From Paraphysomonas bandaiensis (taxonomy: Eukaryota; Protista; Chrysophyceae): 64,000 nucleotides of DNA. The stretch spans positions 62,001 to 126,000 of the forward strand of contig CBFFRP010000020.1 in NCBI GenBank assembly GCA_965644295.1, written 5' to 3'. This document shows positions 46,448-58,800 of this stretch, in pieces. The notes beneath the pieces were generated by a model. It searched no databases. It was not told where the DNA came from and saw only the letters and a list, made by a program, of their open reading frames with translations. Numbering within the stretch: position 1 is the first letter of the stretch; every line of letters begins with the position of its first letter. Made by a program: the position numbers and the translations under genes.

Positions 46448-48166
46448 ATGAATGGTATGTGTGTGATCTATATGACTAGAGGTAACACGTGTGTATAGAG
46501 GTACTTCCTCGTGTAAGAGTTCCCGATAGCTGTAAGGGAGTAGATGTAATAGTGGGTATAGATGAAGCAGGACGTGGACCTGTACTTGGTGAGCATATTG
46601 CTGAATATATCATATAGCCCTATGTTATTGGTGTTATAGGGTCTCTTGTGTACTGTGCAGCCTTCTGGCCAGTATCTGAGCATGATGCTATAAACAAACT
46701 GGGATTTGATGACTCGAAAGCTCTGAAAGAAGGAGAGCGTGAGAGGTAATGTTGAATGATGATAGATGTTATATTGTACTCGAACTCATTATATTCTGAC
46801 AATATTTTACTTTTAACCATTGCATTTTCGGCGCATATTTACAGGCTTTTGAAGGGAATCGCTGACCATCCTTCTATTGGCTGGGTAATCGAGGAGATAT
46901 CCGCGAAAAAGATATCTGAGGTATTTGGTTTGTGTGTCTGGTTGTTATTATTGTTTATGATTCATCATCGATATATTTCACTAACTGTTGGGATTAATGC
47001 CTACCTGTATGTTGATTGCAGAATATGCTAAAGGCGAATCCTATATCTCTTAATGCAGTGTCATTTGACGGTGTCGTGCGCATGCTAGAAACTATTAGAG
47101 ATACACCTAATGCTCCTTCTGTGCAGCACGTATACGTTGATACCGGTGAGTGCACATGCCTTTTCTATCCACGAGGCATAAAATAGAACTGTTGATATCT
47201 AGTGTGTAACGGTGCCCGCTTCTAACAAAGTGTATGCACAGTTGGTGACCCAGAGTCCTACCGTTCCCGGCTCGTCTCAGCAATGGGAAATGAATTCTCT
47301 GCCGAGGGTTTCACGGTAGAGAAGAAGGCCGATGCCACATACAAAGTTGTCTCCGCTGGTAAGTTGTTTGACGATATTATCCATTGTTTTCCATTGGCGT
47401 GACAGTAGTAATATGTTAATACATTTGTGTTGGAATTTCTTACTATGGTTTAGCAAGTATCATTGCAAAGGTAACTCGGGACACGCTACTAGAAAACTGG
47501 TCATGGTGCGGTAAGATTTGACATTTCCCTGCTCTAGTTGCCACAATGTATTCACTCCATCTTCGTATTCTGCACGGATTGCTCTGTAACGTGTATTTCC
47601 CTCCTCATATATATTTAGGAGTTTCTCTGAGTAAACCAGGGGCACTTGACAAGTTATACGGATCTGGCTATCCCGGAGATGAGCGATGCGTACAATGGTG
47701 TGTTCATGAATGTTAACTTTTCTTTTTGCTTTTATGAATATTTCGCGTAGTGGTTTTCCTCTGTCTTTATATGTTCATTTTATTATTGTCTTATAAGGTT
47801 GGAGCGGTCAATTCACCCAGTGTTTGGATATCCTTCGGAGTTAGTGAGATTTAGCTGGTCGACATGTAAGGAGGCACTGGAAAAATATGGCGCTGTTTCT
47901 GTAGAATGGTGAGTACCCGTTTTGTTTCTTATCCGTGCGCATTATTTGTGTAAGTCTAACTTCACACTCTACAGGCCATGCGATGAGGAGGAGAGGCAGG
48001 GTGCGGATATCACATCGTTCTTTGGTGGTATGTTAATTACTTTTGTGGCAGTGCTTTCCTTCATCTCTTTCGTCTAGGTGGAAAAAAGCGAAAGAAGCGT
48101 AATGATTTTTTCTTAAAGCGGAAAATGAAGCATATTACATCCTCCGATTTAAGTGGAAATAGATAA
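46448..48166 (+). CDS. RNASEH2A: Ribonuclease H2 subunit A (many exons; essentially absent from the ORF track)
   Basis: GIDEAGRGPVLG, DDSK, YVDTVG, KKADATYKVVSAASIIAKVTRD, YGSGYP and VRFSW. Confidence 0.93.
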
Positions 48167-48455
48167 TGGGGCCATGTACATACGTAGTATTTTATACCTT
48201 GTCGTACAGGATGAATAGCAAGCGACATTTATCGTGTTGTTGCAGAAATATAAACGTAAGCGTCGACATGAGAAAGATGTTTCATTTGATGTAGATTTTG
48301 ACATCAACATAAATATAACAAATTACTTAGTGTCCCGTTGAAGTAGCTGCAGCAATTGCAATTGTATAAGACCGTAGAAAACATATAGCAATATTCTGTT
48401 CAATAATATAAATTATTATATATTATAAAGTATATTGTACAATGTATTGCAATTC

Positions 48456-48477
48456 AATATATTGTTTCCTAGCCCTG
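48456..48477. repeat. hAT-like terminal sequence
   Basis: aatatattgtttcctagccctg, similar to 2949-2974 and 247-261. Confidence 0.45.
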
Positions 48478-49285
48478 TTATATTATATACACTGTTCCCT
48501 CGCCCTATCTAAAAGCTACATTTCGTAGTCTTTCTTACTTCTTACTAATTCGTACAATGTGGGAAATCTGTCGTGAGTTCACTGTACGAACACTACTCCA
48601 AGTATTGGTGTGGTGGTACCATTTCAAGTGTAAGGCCTTGCCTAGACATTACACATTACACCGCTGGGTACATTGCAGGTTTCTACCTCTGGAATAGAAA
48701 CTATACGCCCTCCTGCGTCATTACGGAACGCCTAAAATGTCAATTCTAGCACCATTAGAATTTTGCAGTATTCTGTGCATATCTACCGAAGATTGTGCAA
48801 ATTCGTCAGTGGGTGCACTTGCAATGTCATAAATATAGCCCGTAATACTTCAATGGATCTACCCTTAGGCAGCACAACGTATACATTATTGTTTTCCATA
48901 TTGTATGACACATGTACTCTTGTAATCCATTTGATACTAATGATACGAATGGTAGGGAAGTATAAACTCTCACAGTCTCAAACTAGAGGAAACGGTACCT
49001 TATATAAAGATGTATAGGGGCTGCAATGCACATTATACACATTTTGTGCTCTAATAGTTGTCTTCCAATCAACCTAGCTGTGTGCTTCTTCCAGATTTCG
49101 AATCTTTGTATGATCTTGCTGGTGGTCATATAGTGTATTGCAGTGTGTGTGTATGATATTCGTAGCTAACTGTCAGGCTGCTGTATATATGTATATAGCA
49201 GTATTTCATCTCTATAGGTATACACCTGGTAGTACAGCAGTATACAGGAGGGTGTTGCAATGTTCGCTCGGATGATATCTATGTA

Positions 49286-49466
49286 CAGGGGGTGGTTGTG
49301 CATATCGATTTCATCGATTTGTTCATCGTTTATTTCATCGAAAAATCATTGCTTTTTCAGTGAAAAGTAAAAAAAAGTGACTTTTTGATGAAAAAACGAT
49401 GATTTTTCGATGAAATAAACGATGAACAAATCGATGAAATAAATCGATATGCACAACCAACCCCAG
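49286..49466. mobile_element. MITE family 2, complete palindromic copy with TA flanks (Tc1/mariner-like)
   Basis: ta|cagggggtggttgtgcatatcgatttcatcgatttgttcatcgtttatttcatcgaaaaatcat ... atgatttttcgatgaaataaacgatgaacaaatcgatgaaat..cgatatgcacaaccaaccccag|ta. Confidence 0.88.
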
Positions 49467-49667
49467 TATAGGGGTATACGTATATACTACTGTTGTATGC
49501 TGAATCTACAGTACATATGTGTGTATGTATATGTCTGCATAGTTGCATTGTTGCATACAGCAGCAGCGACCTGCATATCAACCTCATCGCTCTCATTACT
49601 ACATCATCTCATTGCACAGCAACTACTCTACAATTAAAGTTGTTAATCTGTGTAAATTGTTCTTGAA

Positions 49668-52600
49668 ATGAGTGAAAATATTGTTAATGGTAATTATATT
49701 CCTTCATATCCCCCTGAAAGAAATTTCTATGAGGGTCTTTGGAAATATGCGAATCCTACAGGAGGAGATACTCTTCCCGGTAATGCTGCTGTACCTTTCT
49801 TTCAAAAATCAGAAGTAGATAAAGGAATACTTCGTCAGGTTAAGTTGATTGATATGTATATAGTGAACTGTAGTCACACTGTATTCAGATATGGTCACTA
49901 TCTGCGCCATCGAATATCATGAAGAAAGAAAACTTCTTCACTGCGATTCGATTCATTACAATGGTGCAGAATGGAGATATTCCCATCTCTACTGGTTACT
50001 ATAAATTATGTATTAGTTTATTGTGAATTGATGTGTGTATACAGAGAAGTTGATATCTTCGGCCAACACGCAACTTCCTCCACCGAAGTTTACTGGGGTC
50101 CAGCTTCCACGTAAGTGCCTATACTTCGCTCTAAGCGGGTATTAACTGCAGGTTTATAGCTGCTCCGGGACCGGGAGGGCCTCCTGGGCAGCTTCCCCCT
50201 CCTCAAGCTTATGCTGTAAGTCCCGATGAGAGGACGAAGTATGAAGGACTGTTCAAGACCTATGATAAGGACAAGACCGGGTAAACAACAAAGCACCATG
50301 TGAATTGTACTAACTTATATTTGTGGACTATTACTTTATTCTATACACCTTATCTGTCATATCGAATCAGGTTTCTTCCTCAGGCACAAATTATGCCTGT
50401 GTTTATGAAGTCAGGGCTAGATACTCAGGTATTAAGATCTACTTCGCAGTATGTTATATTCAATGCAGAAAATATAAATTATGACGTCTCAAGTTTCTTT
50501 TTGTGTGCAGTTATTGAATGCTGTGTGGCATATGTCTGACCACGACAAAGATGGAAGATTGAATCTCCCGGAGTTTATAGTAGCGTTTCATCTCATACTC
50601 TGTATCAGGTTAGTAACGAGAGACTTTCAGTTGTGTATATATCGTAGAATGTTTTTTTAATGTGTTTAATCTTGGATGCTTGGAAGTAATCTCTTATATC
50701 AACGGCACATGCATCACCTCATGCAGTCGTTTTCTTATTTTCTGCACAGCAAGAAGCGCCTGCCGTTGCCACCTGGGCTTCCACCACCGCTCCTTGCTTT
50801 GTTCCAGCCTGCTCCCCCAGCATCCACACAGCAACCCCCTGTATCAACCCCCTCCCCAGTTCCGGTGAAGCAGTCAGTGTCAGATGCATTTGGGGATGTT
50901 GAAGATGATGTCAGTGTTGGCTCAGCCACAGGATCACTAGGTACTCATATTATTTAACCTACTGATGTAGACACACTGTGTGTTACTGTGTCAGCAGGCT
51001 TCCAAGAGAACATTGCGTACTTGTCTCAACAGAATATTGATTGCTTTATATTTTCCTTGTCATTTCAGGGGGCTCTTTGGGAGGGTCTACTGCTGGTTCC
51101 TTTCATTCCGCGCCGTCCGCTCACAAGGACCGTGCACCCGTTCCTGCAGCAAACGCCACCCAGCCTCACCATACCCATCAATCGGGAGGCGGAGTGCAAC
51201 ACGGCCATAGCTCCTCACTTCCTTCACCTTCTAGCACTACATCGGGACCGGCTACCTGGGGACGCAGCGATTCGGTCAAAGATAAGGAGCAGGTACAATA
51301 CGATTACATATACATAGCATTGTATATATATGATTATTTACACTGTTGTGGAGTAAGTAGTTTTGTTTTGGACTTTAAGAGTCACTGTGAATTGTCTTAT
51401 GGAACTGTTTTGTATTAGTAGCACGACGTGAGGATGTGTGTGTCAGGCGCTTGTGTTGAGTTGCACGTCTAACTTCTAAACGTCATATATAGGGTGAACT
51501 GACTGACGGTGTTCAGCAATTAGCTGATGCCGCGAAACGAATGCATTCTGCACAGCAAGATGCAATGGAGGTAGATGCCGATTGTTTGCCGTGTTGTTAG
51601 TATCACATATATATGCTGTCACTCTTGATGTCAGTTGCGTGTTATTCGTTGTCTATGTTCTATGTAACCAGTATGTTCTTTGATCCAGATATCTCATGGA
51701 ATGGGTGGCAATTTGAAGTATCTCATGCAGCGGGTAGCCACAGAGAAAATATCTCTTACAGCAGCTTTGGGTACAGTTGAGCAGGATGTACAGGAGACTC
51801 GAGAGAGAATCCAAAGCACTGTTGATGACATAAATGGTCCGTCATTGCAATAGTGATATCCTTGGAAATGATATGCGTCATCACCAATCAGTTACATCTT
51901 CACATCTATTGCATCATACGTATTTCATTCACACGCATTTGGTTCTACGTCGCGCTAATACATAGTGTTACTTTTAAGGCCTTCAAGACGAGATGGAAGA
52001 ACTTAGAAAGCGGTTGCTGGCGGCATATGAAGCCAAGTCTAAAGCGCAGGTAAAGTTGACTGATATTTGTCCATGCGCTGCTATGTACTATTGGTCCGTG
52101 TAATTTAATCCGTACATTCGCATACAGAACGATGATTCTCAGGCGAGGGCGGAAAAACAACGACTGATGACTGTCATCGCGGTAGGAACATTATATGATT
52201 TTCGTAAACGATGTACTCCTCCATAATAGAATCTCATAATCTTTACCATACTATTTTGTCTGACAAGTGCACAGGAGGGACGTAGAGAACTTGCAGCACT
52301 TGTTGGCGAACAAGTCCATGCGAGCAATTTGGTAAGTGTGCTCAATATCAAACTTTTACTGTTGATATCATTCCTGTTTTCCTTTACTTTCTGCACAATT
52401 GATGCGTAATATGTATACAGTTGGGACAGATGGGTGAACAAGTAGCTGCAGCCGCTGCTGAAAACGCGCGCCTTGCTTCTGCAAGTGCTAGTGCCTCTAT
52501 GGAAACCGCAGTGTTGACAGCAGAACTTGAAACGCTACGGAATGTATTGGCCTCGATCAATGAGGATAAGTAAGTATATATTGCCGTGACCTTAATGTCG

Positions 52601-54279
52601 TAAGTACTATGCTTTGCCGTATACTTGCACGTAGCTAATAGGCTTGTTTTACATGATTTTCTTTTACATGGACTTGACGTTGTGTTTCTTCATTTATTCA
52701 GGGAACACGCAAGCTCATCAGTCAAAAAACTTGAGGATAGTCTCACTGAAGCTCGTGGTGCTCTCGAGAAGGAAAGGAAGGCAGCTGCAGACCGCTCCAT
52801 GGAGGTAAATGCAAGTCTTTGTAGCTGCGTTTTTGTGAAGAAATTAACAATATTAATGTAACGACGCCCGCTTCACTAACCACTATTATTTGATAGTTGG
52901 CTGCTGTTGAAGCTGAAAACCAGCGTCTTCGTGACGAGATATCGGCAACCATGAAAGATCTTGCACTTGCGAAAGCCGTCGCAGCCTCAACTCCCATGCA
53001 GAAACCCACCACCGCACCGCCACCAGTTCCAGTTCGTCCTTCTTCTCCTCTAGCCCAAAAGGCCGCGCCTGTTAAAGGCAAGTCGTTCCAGGATGATAAC
53101 ATGAGTACGGCCAGCACCGGATTCGGAGGCTCTTCTGTAAATGGAGGAATGGATGATGATGCTTTCAGTGGCGTTTCGGGGTCCTTCTCTAATCAAAACG
53201 TGGGTAAAGACAATGCTTTTGGCGGAGAGGATGGGTTTGGATCTACTACAGGGTCGGACTTCGGTTCCACGGCCGGATCTGCATTTGCAGAAAGCACTGC
53301 GTCCCCAAAGCAGGAAACACAATTCGAAGCCCTTGACGAGACTGGATTCGATGATTTTGGGTCAAACAAGAATGATGACGGGTTTTCTGCGGGCTCTGGA
53401 TTTGGTGACTTTGGTGCAACGGACGCTACCAATCCGGATTCAAACTCTGGATTTGAAGAATCATCCGCGAAAGCCGGAGATCATGGATTTGGTGCAGCTG
53501 ATTCTGGATTCGGTGACTTTGGGGACTCTAGTAATACTGCCGCAGACAGTGGGTTTGGTGATGCTGGATTTGGATCAACCACAGACTCCGGATTTGGTGA
53601 CTTTGGAGAAAACTCTTCGAAGGCCGCTGATAGCGGCTTCGGAGATTTCGGCGAATCTTCGCCGAAAGCTGCAGATGCCGGGTTTGGCTCTGCTGATGAT
53701 GGATTTGGTTCCACTGCAGACTCTGGTTTTGGAGATTTTGGTGATAACAAGACTGTTGACAGTGCATTTGGATCCGCAGATGGCTCCGGATTTGGAGATT
53801 TCGGAGGATCTTCGACTAAAGCTGCAGATGACGGGTTCGGCACTGCTGCTAGTGCTGATAGTGGGTTTGGGGACTTTGGCGACGATTCGAGCAGCAAGCC
53901 TGCTGATGAAGGCTTCGGCGACTTTGGATCCGCAGCTTCTACAGAAAACGCGGCTTCTACAGAAAAGCCCGATGCTGGTTTTGGATCATTTGGAGATGAT
54001 TCTTCTGCTGCAGCATCTGGTGGGGATGGCTTTGCAGCATTTGGTGATTCGACTCCAACACCGGCATCAAACGGAGATGGATTCGGAGCGTTTCCAGACT
54101 CAGGGTTTGGGGCATTTGAGGACACTGCAGGAGCTACACCATCAGGAGATGCCGGGTTTGCATCCTTTGGAGATGACAGCGGATTTGGAGCCTTCGGAGA
54201 TGCCCCTGCTGACAGCGGTGATGGTTTTGGAGCCTTTGATGATTCATCGAATAAGAGCAAAGGCTTTGATGATTGGTAG
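49668..54279 (+). CDS. EH-domain adaptor (Eps15/Ede1/synergin-like): 2 EH domains, coiled coil, FGDF-repeat tail (many exons)
   Basis: EH1: AVPFFQKSEVDKGILRQIWSL. EH2: VFMKSGL...VWHMSDHDKDGRLNLPEFIVAFHLI...LPLPPGLP. Coiled-coil exons follow, and the final exon carries GFGDF repeats ending GFDDW*. Confidence 0.85.
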
Positions 54280-55109
54280 GTTCAGAGCGACAAGCAAGAA
54301 ACGATATAACCGTGTTCGAAAGTTATTACGTTCTTTTTAGCTGTCAGGGCGTTAATCTAGTACTGCTCTAAGTAAGAAAGTGGTGATCACCTTTATAGCT
54401 ATTAAATATTTACAAGAAAGCGGCTACTACATCAACATTTGACATATATATTAGGATGGTGAAATAACTTATGAAACGGAACTTGAACTCGCGCAATATA
54501 ATCAAGTAGTAGAAATATATTCAACATCTTTATAATCATTTATTGATATTCGCTACAAATATTTTCTCTCAATTCTCAATTATAATCAGATCTCATATAC
54601 ACAATCTTATACAGTAAAAGAAAGTATTTCAGTTGAAACCTATTCCGGAAATTATATTTTATAGCATTCCTAAATTCCATTAGGAAGTATTAAATAATTT
54701 TTTTCTATATTATTATATATATAATACAAAATATAAAGTATATTTTAAATTGATAATTGATATATATTATTATATTTACATCATTAAAGTTATTACAGTA
54801 GTTGTATTACTAATTTAGTCGCTGGAGGAAAAGGAAGAGAATCACAGAAATAATGCCTATGCTGAAAGCGCTTCCCCCCTTCTATACCTTGTGTGTCACA
54901 GTACATTACATTGAGATTCGTCACATCAGAGATAACTCCAATCATCAAGTTGTATTGCTTGAATCAAGAACAACCTTCTCATTATCATGTCGTAGAATTC
55001 TCGAAATCTCCACTAGCCTAAGTTCATACCCGAAAGATCAAAGAACTCCTCTGGAACAATTGTTTTTCACTGAAGTCGGGCATATCTTTATCTTCTTCCA
55101 GCCTCCAGT

Positions 55110-55450
55110 GATCTGCGGAGATATTTCCCCGCCGGGAAAATAACGTGAGCAGCAGATAATTTTCTGCACACTTATAGCCCAAATGCACACTTAAACAGGC
55201 ATCCGGGAATGAGGCCACCTCAAGGGCATCCGGGGTAGTGGGCTGCCTACTGAAGTCAAGCATCAGGGCTGTTCACCTTAAGGACAGAGAGCGATAGAGC
55301 GAGAAAGGTTGCATTTTGGTGTTTGCGGTGACGCACAAGCAGAGAGTAGGATACCAGAGTTAAGCGTGAGTTAGTTAAATCGTTTTGTTACATTAGCCTA
55401 GACTCTTACACGCCTATTGCTAAAAATAGGACATTCGCTATCACTAATCA
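55110..55450 (-). repeat. Dispersed repeat, copy 2 (~340 bp, inverted relative to 13345-13748)
   Basis: Reverse complement is collinear with copy 1 at 13345-13748 across the same shared blocks. Confidence 0.85.
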
Positions 55451-55838
55451 CTATATACTATATGCAATATTTAAAGGGATTTCTTAGATTTTTTTATTTT
55501 TCTCATCCCACAAACTTTCAATTTTCATTAGTTCAAAAAACATAATGCACGCACATCTTCAGTTTACGTCTATCCGTTCTAATTCTTACAAAACTGCATA
55601 ATATTATTCATAGTGTAGTGTGTAGTAATACCATCCATATTTAAATATTAATGGATATTCCAAAATTACGCAATACCCAATATACTATACCCTTACCGAT
55701 AAACTGCACACATTCGGTGATCCAATAAATGAATTACTTGCGTGACGAAAACAAATAGTACACAAGACGTTTAGAATGAAAAACATGTGAAGTAGTTGTG
55801 TTTAGGTTCCGGATAAAATGGAACTCCAACACTCCTAT

Positions 55839-58800
55839 TTATTTCGTATATCGCATTGACATTCGAGCTTTGTGATGAGGAGCACGCAGCTTTTCCTGAA
55901 AGGATAAAATATAATGCCAAGTGATATAAAGTTTTGGCAAAAGAAACACCTGATACGATATCTCACACAATGGCTTGATAGCAGTAGGGGTCCATCCTTT
56001 CGTGATGGCCTCAAACACAGCGTCATGAACCTGTTGCACATCCATAATTAGATCAGAAATTGTGGTTAGTGGTGCACTATTCAATGCAGGTTCAGGTAAG
56101 ACGCGCTAGACCTGACGGGACTCGTCACGCATCGCCATAATGGTCTGCCATATCTTCATGTACGCCCTACAGAAAATACGAATTTACATATAATGTCCTT
56201 TACAATGAATTCCATGAATATATGCAACAATAACTGAATTCGCATGACAGGCAAAGATAAATTAGAAAGGCAGCTATATTACCCTCCAAAGTCTTGGTAT
56301 AATTCGGTGCGAACAAACTGGGCCATACGCCTTAAATCCATGCGTAACACGGCAATTGTGTCATTTAAAGGTTTTAGCTAAATGATTAAAGTTAATACTT
56401 CTAAACACAACACAAAACATAAATCACTACCTCTCTGTCAACAACATCTATATGCAGCCACATTGTCAGTTCTCTGAACGTGTGCTGCATAATCTGTTTC
56501 CAATATATATCACGGAAGGGAAAAGTCTATGCATCTGAACTTACCTCGAAATCTTCTTGCAGTCTCTCACCGACATTACCTGTGACCAGCACGCCAGTGG
56601 TTAATAGTAGCTCCAAATAAGAACCCGCGACAACTTTTAACACCCCGAGAAGTACTTTTTTCACATGATTTTCAACTACCAGCCATATCTTCAGATCCTG
56701 TACATATTCTTGTAGCGTGACCCGGAGTGTCTCGGCTACCTGTCGACTCTCTACCCATTCTTCCTTGAACAGTCCCTCGCTCAACCCCTCCTTGAAATCA
56801 GCTGCTACCAGTTGCACAAGGATGTCCACACCACGTTCAGCTTCATCACGAAATGCTTTGATTGTCACATTGAAAGCATCGTATATTTTTTCAGAGTCTG
56901 ATATATCGTCTTCAATGAGTTCCTGTCTCTCTTGCAAAAGGAAAGCAAAGCGCAACATATTGTTGACGTAGGCGCACATACGCTCTGGAGGACACGTCCG
57001 GCCAACAGTTTCTGCCCAGGCATGCTGTAGGTGAATAAAGTCTGCAACACATATATTGTGTCACAGACAGATATTCACACAGTATTCGTCACTAATGAAA
57101 AAGCATTATCAACAGATACTATACCTGGAAGCATGTCCAACATAAGACAGATTACTTTTTCACTCGCATATATAGTTAATTCCTACAACAAGAAATCGAA
57201 TTAACTCAAACCTTATGATATGTAGAGTTCAACGTTCATTGTTATACGACATGCGGTAAGTGAACTTCAGAATGAAACAACCTGCACTGCTAAGTTGAGG
57301 TGTTCTCCGACACATGCCATCAAATCTCCGGGCCAATGTGTGCACTGACCCAGCCCTTCTTGAACGTGACACTAAAAGAAACATAGTTTTAATGACCCAA
57401 ACAATATAATAGACAATTGCCTAATCACGTGAACTCTTCTCATGAAAATAACATGCTATAGTAAAACATTTTGCGGATACATATGAATTAGTATCTACCG
57501 CAATGGAGAGTACAATACCTCACTGTCTGGTTTGGTGTCAATATCGTGAATACGTGACATCCACGTCTTCATAAGTCGTTGAGTAACCGATGTGTATTGC
57601 CTCAAAAGATCCGAGTTTAGGTCAGATATTACTTTTGTGTCCACCCCAAATTTCTCCAGCGTGTGCATTTGTGAGTCCGCGAATGATAGGAGCGTCAGCA
57701 AATCTCTGGAAGCATACATTTCAATCTCAATGATGCACGTCCAGAACTATATATTATACTCGTACCGATTATTCATGTTGTCTTTGTTAGTCGCATAAAA
57801 TGTCTTGATATCAGTCTTAATTTTCCTATTAGCTTTCTCCTGTATCTGTGTAAGGGATTCCAGTCAATGCTAAAGTCAATACGTACCTGGAACATTGTTA
57901 TGACGTTGAAATCATCCGGTAGAAGTGGCATTAAATCCTCAACAACTTGATCCAGCGTCTATATACACCACATATGAGATGCAGTACACATCATCCATCA
58001 AAGCAGACTGGCTTAAGAAAGACGCGAATTTCAAATGGTTGAACAGCTCGAAATTATACCAATAGAAACATGCATCTCACCTCAACCATTCTATTCACAC
58101 TATTAAGCACACCCTCAATTGTACTCTCGCTGTATGGGTCAGACCCTTCTTCAAATGACATCTCAATAACCTATATAACACAAACTTCGATTTTAATAGG
58201 CAAATAATGCCAACAAGTATAATACCTGGTTAACAGTATTCACTGTTTCAGGTGAAAACAGCATATTCTCCCTATAAATAGGATCAGCGTTCAGGTCGGT
58301 GCAGAGCATAATTCATTGCGTTGATAGCATCTCATGGAAAGTCCTTACCTTGTGAGGCATTGTATTACTGCCATCAGCAATTCGGGTTCTTCAATAGGTA
58401 ATGACATTTTTTGGCGAAGCATTCGTAGAAGCCAGTCCTTCGTGTCGTTGCTCCACTGTTCTCCATAGTGTAAAACATACCCATACAGACTTTGCATCGC
58501 CGAAATGATTTCATAGGTATGAAACATCTGTGTGACAGCTCAGCACAATTACTAATTTAGAAATATCCATGACAACTTCGCTGTGCATACTAACAAAATA
58601 CTACACTAAACACTTATAACGTTCCGCAACCTGTTGTGGGTCATTTACTCCATGTTCAAATTGTGAGGTGATAATTTCATCAAAACGCATAAAAAAAAGT
58701 TCCAGCTCGTTCACTTTATCCAAAAACACCTTTACTTGTTTTGAAGAGCTCTGCTTTAACACAGTGGTAATATCGTCCACGGCCTGAACGTCATAATGAG

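Noticed and set aside
53141-54340. Long alternative-frame (399 aa) and antisense (259 aa) ORFs
   Set aside because: Shadows of the repetitive Gly/Phe/Asp/Ser codons in the EH protein tail; no independent protein signal.
54560-54810. Extremely AT-rich tract, possible RIP-like decay
   Set aside because: No parent repeat identifiable for comparison; could be ordinary terminator-region DNA.
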